NCBI GenBank assembly: GCA_036771335.1
Contig: DAIPHN010000002.1
Coordinates: 1-43,651 of the forward strand
Source: Burkholderiales bacterium
GTDB taxonomy: Bacteria; Pseudomonadota; Gammaproteobacteria; Burkholderiales; Ga0077523
Direction: 5' to 3'
Length of the DNA: 43,651 nt
Shown: piece after piece, positions 39,793 through 43,651 of the stretch
How positions within the stretch are numbered: position 1 is the stretch's first letter
How the letters are laid out: each line of letters starts with the position of its first letter
Notes under the pieces: generated by a model
Told to the model about the DNA's origin: nothing
Seen by the model: only the letters and a program-made list of their open reading frames with translations
Database searches by the model: none
Made by a program: the position numbers and the translations under genes

Positions 39793-40242
39793 TTACTGCT
39801 CGCGAAACCAGGTCTGGGTGCGCCCGATGAGCGACACGCCGATGTAGCCGCGCACGTCGAGGCTCCGGCCATCACCGCTCACCTTCATCTTGCAGCGGTA
39901 GGTCTTGCCGTTCTTGGGGTCGAGGATCTCGCCCCCGTCGAAGGCTTCGCCGTTCTTCTTCAGCCCCCACAGGATGGTCATACCGAGCACCGGTTTGTTC
40001 TTGCGCTCGCCCGTGCAGTCACGGCACAGGTTGTCAGGATCGTCGTCGGGCTGGCGGTTGAGAATCTTTTCCACGCGCCCCTCGTACACCCCGTTCACCT
40101 CCACGATGCGCACCAGGGAGCGCTCCTGCTTGGTCTTGTCGTCGATAGTTCGCCACAGGCCAGCCGGCGTACCAGGGTCGGCAAGGGCTGGCAGGGCCAC
40201 CGTCAGGGCGGCGGCAAACAGCCATTGCAGCATGGGTTTCAT
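39793..40242 (-). CDS. DUF2147 domain-containing periplasmic protein
   Basis: The start is MKPMLQWLFAAALTVALPALA|DP (GAGGGAGG RBS, ATG 40242). It continues ...GLWRTIDDKT...RIVE...ILDPKNGKTYRCKMKV...L.VRGYIG. Confidence 0.75.
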   Translation of the reverse strand: MKPMLQWLFAAALTVALPALADPGTPAGLWRTIDDKTKQERSLVRIVEVNGVYEGRVEKILNRQPDDDPDNLCRDCTGERKNKPVLGMTILWGLKKNGEAFDGGEILDPKNGKTYRCKMKVSGDGRSLDVRGYIGVSLIGRTQTWFREQ

Positions 40243-40396
40243 GGTTCCTCCCTCAAACCGGCACAGCCGGTGCATGACTTAACGATGTCCTTTGCGTCCG
40301 CACGCATCTGGGCCGCGGCCGCCCTGCTGGTACTGGATACGCCGCACCCCGGCATTCGCCCTGACACCGGACAACGCGCGCCAGCACCTGTCAACT

Positions 40397-41596
40397 CTAC
40401 ACCGCTTCGAACAGCCCTGCCGCACCCATGCCGGTGCCCACGCACATGGTTACCATGCCGCGCCGCAGGCCCCGGCGGCGCAGGCCATGCACCAGCGTGG
40501 CCGTGCGGATGGCGCCCGTCGCCCCGAGCGGATGGCCCAGGGCGATGGCCCCGCCCAGGGGGTTGACCTTGGAGGACTCCATGGAAAGGTCGCGAATCAC
40601 CGCCAGCGACTGGGCAGCAAAGGCCTCGTTCAGTTCGATCCAGTCCAGGTCCGCGAGAGACCAGCGGGCCTGCCGCAGCGCCTTGGGCACCGCCTCCAAG
40701 GGCCCGATGCCCATGATCTCGGGCGCCACGCCGGCCACGGCAAAGGACACGAAGCGCGCCAGCGGCGTAAGGCCGAAACGCCGCAGGGCGCCTTCGCTGG
40801 CGAGAATCACCGCGCCGGCGCCATCGGAGGTCTGGGAACTGTTGCCCGCAGTCACCGAGCCCTGGGCGGCGAACACCGGCTTGAGCTTCGCCAAGCCCTC
40901 GGCGGACGCGTCGGCGCGCGGCCCCTCGTCAGTGTCGGCGATGCGCGAGCGCAGTGCCACCGCCTCGGTTGCCAGGTCGGGCTCGCGCGCCTCGATGGTG
41001 TAGGGGGCGATCTCGTCGCGGAACTCGCCCGCGGCGATGGCCGCCAGCGCCTTGCGGTGGCTCTCCAGGGCGAAGCCATCCTGGGCCTCGCGGCTCACTC
41101 GCCAGCGCTGCGCCACCGTCTCGGCGGTCATGCCCATGCCGTAGGCGATGCCCACGTGCTCGCCCCTTGCGAACACCGCCTCGTTGAAGGCGATGTGATG
41201 GCCCCCCATGGGAATCAGGCTCATGGTCTCGGCGCCGGCGGCCACCATGACCTCAGCCTCGCCCAGGCGAATGCGGTCGGCCGCCATGGCCACCGCCTGC
41301 AGACCCGAGGCGCAGAAACGGTTCACGGTGACGCCTGCCACAGACTGTGGATATCCCGCCAGCAGGAGTGCGATGCGGGCCACATTCATGCCCTGCTCGG
41401 CTTCGGGAATGGCGCAGCCCACGATCACATCGTCCACCGCCGCCAGGTCCAGTGCTGGCACGCGGGCCGCGGCCTGGCGCAGCACATGGGCAAGCAGATC
41501 ATCGGGCCGCGTGCGGCGGTACATGCCGCGCGGCGCCTTGCCCACAGCCGTGCGGGCTGCGGCAACGATGTAGGCCTCCTGGACTTGGCGGGTCAT
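40397..41596 (-). CDS. fadA: Acetyl-CoA C-acyltransferase (3-ketoacyl-CoA thiolase)
   Basis: MTRQVQEAYIVAAARTAVGKAPRG...VNRFCASGLQAV (active-site Cys)...NEAFAAQ...GGAIALGHPLGATG...MCVGTGMGAAGLFE. The ORF-track N-terminus to 41764 is not credited. Confidence 0.9.
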   Translation of the reverse strand: MTRQVQEAYIVAAARTAVGKAPRGMYRRTRPDDLLAHVLRQAAARVPALDLAAVDDVIVGCAIPEAEQGMNVARIALLLAGYPQSVAGVTVNRFCASGLQAVAMAADRIRLGEAEVMVAAGAETMSLIPMGGHHIAFNEAVFARGEHVGIAYGMGMTAETVAQRWRVSREAQDGFALESHRKALAAIAAGEFRDEIAPYTIEAREPDLATEAVALRSRIADTDEGPRADASAEGLAKLKPVFAAQGSVTAGNSSQTSDGAGAVILASEGALRRFGLTPLARFVSFAVAGVAPEIMGIGPLEAVPKALRQARWSLADLDWIELNEAFAAQSLAVIRDLSMESSKVNPLGGAIALGHPLGATGAIRTATLVHGLRRRGLRRGMVTMCVGTGMGAAGLFEAV

Positions 41597-41613
41597 TGAT
41601 CGCTCCCTGGTGC

Positions 41614-43651
41614 TCAGTTGCGCAGCGGCTTGCCGGTCCTGAGCATGTGCTCGATGCGCGCCTGAGTCTTTTCGGTGGCCAGCAATTCCATAAAGCCTCG
41701 TCGCGCGAGTGCTAGCAGCCACTGCTCGTCCACCAGGCTGCCGGCATCCACGTCGCCCCCGCACAGCACCTCTGCCACCTTCGAGCCAACAAGGAAATCA
41801 TGCTCGGAGATGAACCCGCCGACCAGCAGGTTGGTCATGTGAGCCTTGAAGGTGGCGATGGCGGTGCGCCCGCCCACGGCAATGGGCGCCGGGGGCCCCG
41901 GTGGCCGCCAGCCAGACTCGGTCAAGGCCACCACCTGAGCCCGGGCCACGTGCAGCAGTTCGTGGCGGTTCATGACAATAACGTCGCCCTCGGTGAGAAA
42001 CCCCATTTCGCGGGCCTGGAGCGCGCTGCGCGCCACCTGCGCCGTGGCCACCGCTTCGAAGGCACGGCGCAGCGGCGCGAACAAATCGCCGCCCCGGGAC
42101 TCGGCGGCGGCGCGGCGGGTGAGCTCCTTCAAGCCGCCGCCCCCCGGCAGCAACCCGACCCCCACCTCCACCAGGCCAATGTAGCTCTCGAAGGCTGCAA
42201 CCGTGCGCGCGCAGTGCATGACGAACTCACACCCTCCGCCCAGGGCCATGCCGTCCACCGCCGCCACCACCGGCACGCGCGCCTGCCGCAGGGCCAGCGT
42301 GGTGGCCTGAAACTGCCGCACCAGCCCTTCGACTTTTTCCAGCCGCCCGGCCATCAGGGCGTCGGCCACGTTGAGCCGGTGAGCCGCCTTCAGCAGCGCG
42401 GATTCCGCCTCGCGCCGCAGGCGCTTCATCATGGTGCCCACCGCGGAGGGCTTCGGTCGGTCCGAGCGCGGCACCCTGGGCCCGGAGAGGTTCGCGCCCA
42501 CGGAGAAGGGCGGCTCGTCCTGCCAGATCACCAGACCGCGGAAGTTACGCTCCGCTTCGTCGATGGCCTGCATCAGGCCGTCGAGCACGTCCTCGCCAAT
42601 CGCATGCATCTTGCTGCGAAACCCGATCACGGCGATATCGTCCCCAGCGCTCCACAGGTGCACCGCGTCCGTTTCGAACACGCTCCGGCGAAGGCCCGGC
42701 GCCTCGCCCAGGACACGGTCGGGCATGGCCTGGCGCCGATAAACGAGCAGCGCCGGGCGCGGCGCCTGCGTGCCCCGTGACGGGCTGAAGGAGCCTTGCG
42801 TGTCGTGCACGCCCGTACGCGAGGGATCAGCCGCCCATCGGGGCAGCGGCACTGGCGCCAGCGCCGCGCCCGCCGCCACCTCGGCGCCAATCCAGCCCGC
42901 CACCGTCTGCCAGCCGGCGGCTTGCCACGACTCGAAGGGCCCCTCGCGCCAGCCGAATCCCCAACGCATGGCAAGGTCCACGTCGCGGGCGTTGTCGGCC
43001 ATGTGCTCCAGATGGAAGGCGGCGTAGTGCAGCGTGTCGCGCGTCACCCGCCACAGGAAGCGCGCCTGGGGTTGCGTGCTTTGACGCAAAGCCGCCAGCC
43101 GCTCGGCGGGCGCGCGGCCCTTGAGGATCTCTACCACCTCCGGATGAGCGCTGCGATCGGCCGGCCGATACTCGCCCGTGGCGGGATCGAGCACCTGGAT
43201 TTCACGCCCCTGCTTGCGATAGACGCCACGCCCCGTCTTCTGGCCCAGCGCCCCGGCCTGCAGCAGTGCCTCGAACCACCCGGGTGCCTGAAAATGCCTG
43301 TGCCACGGGTCCGCCGCCAGTTGCGTGCGCTGCGTGTCGAACACATGGCCCAGCGTATCCAGGCCCACCACATCCATGGTGCGAAAGGTGGCGCTCTTGG
43401 GGCGGCCCAACAGCGTGCCCGTAACCGCATCCACCTCGTCGAAACCCAGCCCCAGCTCGCGGGCGTGGTGGAACGCCGCCAGCAGCGAAAAGGCGCCGAT
43501 GCGGTTGGCGATGAAGTTGGGGGTGTTCCGAGCCCGGATCACGCCCTTCCCCAGCGTGGTGACCAGGAAGCTCTCCAGGCCGTCGAGCACGGCCGCGTCC
43601 GTGGACGGGGCGGCGATCAGTTCCACGAGGTGCATGTAGCGCGGCGGGTTG
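41614..43651 (-). CDS. 3-hydroxyacyl-CoA dehydrogenase / enoyl-CoA hydratase fusion protein (FadB-like, HAD N-terminal and ECH C-terminal); 5' end lies beyond the window
   Basis: Translation continues upstream of the listed Met (...NPPRYMHLVELIAAP...TPNFIANRIG...). A crotonase-like C-terminal half is present (...GLVIWQDEPPFSVGANL...ALGGGCEF...). It lies directly upstream of the thiolase. Confidence 0.85.
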   Translation of the reverse strand, partial: NPPRYMHLVELIAAPSTDAAVLDGLESFLVTTLGKGVIRARNTPNFIANRIGAFSLLAAFHHARELGLGFDEVDAVTGTLLGRPKSATFRTMDVVGLDTLGHVFDTQRTQLAADPWHRHFQAPGWFEALLQAGALGQKTGRGVYRKQGREIQVLDPATGEYRPADRSAHPEVVEILKGRAPAERLAALRQSTQPQARFLWRVTRDTLHYAAFHLEHMADNARDVDLAMRWGFGWREGPFESWQAAGWQTVAGWIGAEVAAGAALAPVPLPRWAADPSRTGVHDTQGSFSPSRGTQAPRPALLVYRRQAMPDRVLGEAPGLRRSVFETDAVHLWSAGDDIAVIGFRSKMHAIGEDVLDGLMQAIDEAERNFRGLVIWQDEPPFSVGANLSGPRVPRSDRPKPSAVGTMMKRLRREAESALLKAAHRLNVADALMAGRLEKVEGLVRQFQATTLALRQARVPVVAAVDGMALGGGCEFVMHCARTVAAFESYIGLVEVGVGLLPGGGGLKELTRRAAAESRGGDLFAPLRRAFEAVATAQVARSALQAREMGFLTEGDVIVMNRHELLHVARAQVVALTESGWRPPGPPAPIAVGGRTAIATFKAHMTNLLVGGFISEHDFLVGSKVAEVLCGGDVDAGSLVDEQWLLALARRGFMELLATEKTQARIEHMLRTGKPLRN

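Noticed and set aside
6273-41599. Very long ORFs antisense to real genes: 6273-7610(+), 12150-13172(-), 13332-14540(-), 15360-17387(+), 19813-21177(+), 22822-24150(+), 31931-33196(-), 33333-34727(-), 40292-41599(+).
   Set aside because: Each lies opposite a gene with unmistakable family motifs. The translations are Arg/Ala/Gly/Pro/His-rich with no motifs. Stop-poor shadow frames like these are expected in roughly 65% GC DNA.

Overview
This is a 43.65-kb, GC-rich (about 65% by eye) chromosomal segment that looks betaproteobacterial; the organism cannot be determined from the sequence alone. It is mostly core housekeeping.

Two gene neighbourhoods are also known from E. coli:
- mltD-gloB-(yafS-like methyltransferase)-rnhA-dnaQ at 10.3-15.0 kb. 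Here rnhA and dnaQ are co-directional and tightly packed.
- tig-clpP-clpX-lon-hupB-(tRNA-Val, tRNA-Asp)-ppiD at 22.7-31.4 kb.

Other content:
- gltX followed by a tRNA-Ala/tRNA-Glu pair, and tRNA-Val(CAC) directly ahead of a NitT/TauT-type ABC transporter.
- A YejABEF-like peptide ABC importer and fabI.
- The three-gene squalene route hpnC-hpnD-hpnE, with a translationally coupled SDR-like gene.
- A 4HBT thioesterase, ETF-ubiquinone oxidoreductase, a class II aldolase/adducin-family gene and a DUF2147 protein.
- A beta-oxidation pair (thiolase plus HAD/ECH fusion, truncated at the right edge).
- Six tRNAs in total. I saw no rRNA, CRISPR array, transposase or integrase.

Non-core material is limited to two places. 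The left 5.7 kb holds a broken ADP-ribosylglycohydrolase gene, an intact WYL regulator, small lineage-specific genes and an AT-richer stretch with clustered DnaA boxes. At 37.6-39.0 kb lies a heavily decayed membrane-protein pseudogene.

I do not see a complete, convincing novel multi-gene system. The best leads are:
- the DnaA-box/AT-rich module beside an orphan CDS;
- the WYL regulator with the decaying ARH gene;
- the catalytically degenerate SDR coupled to hpnE;
- two small unannotated ORFs.

All calls rest on reading motifs in the supplied translations and the DNA. No database search was run.
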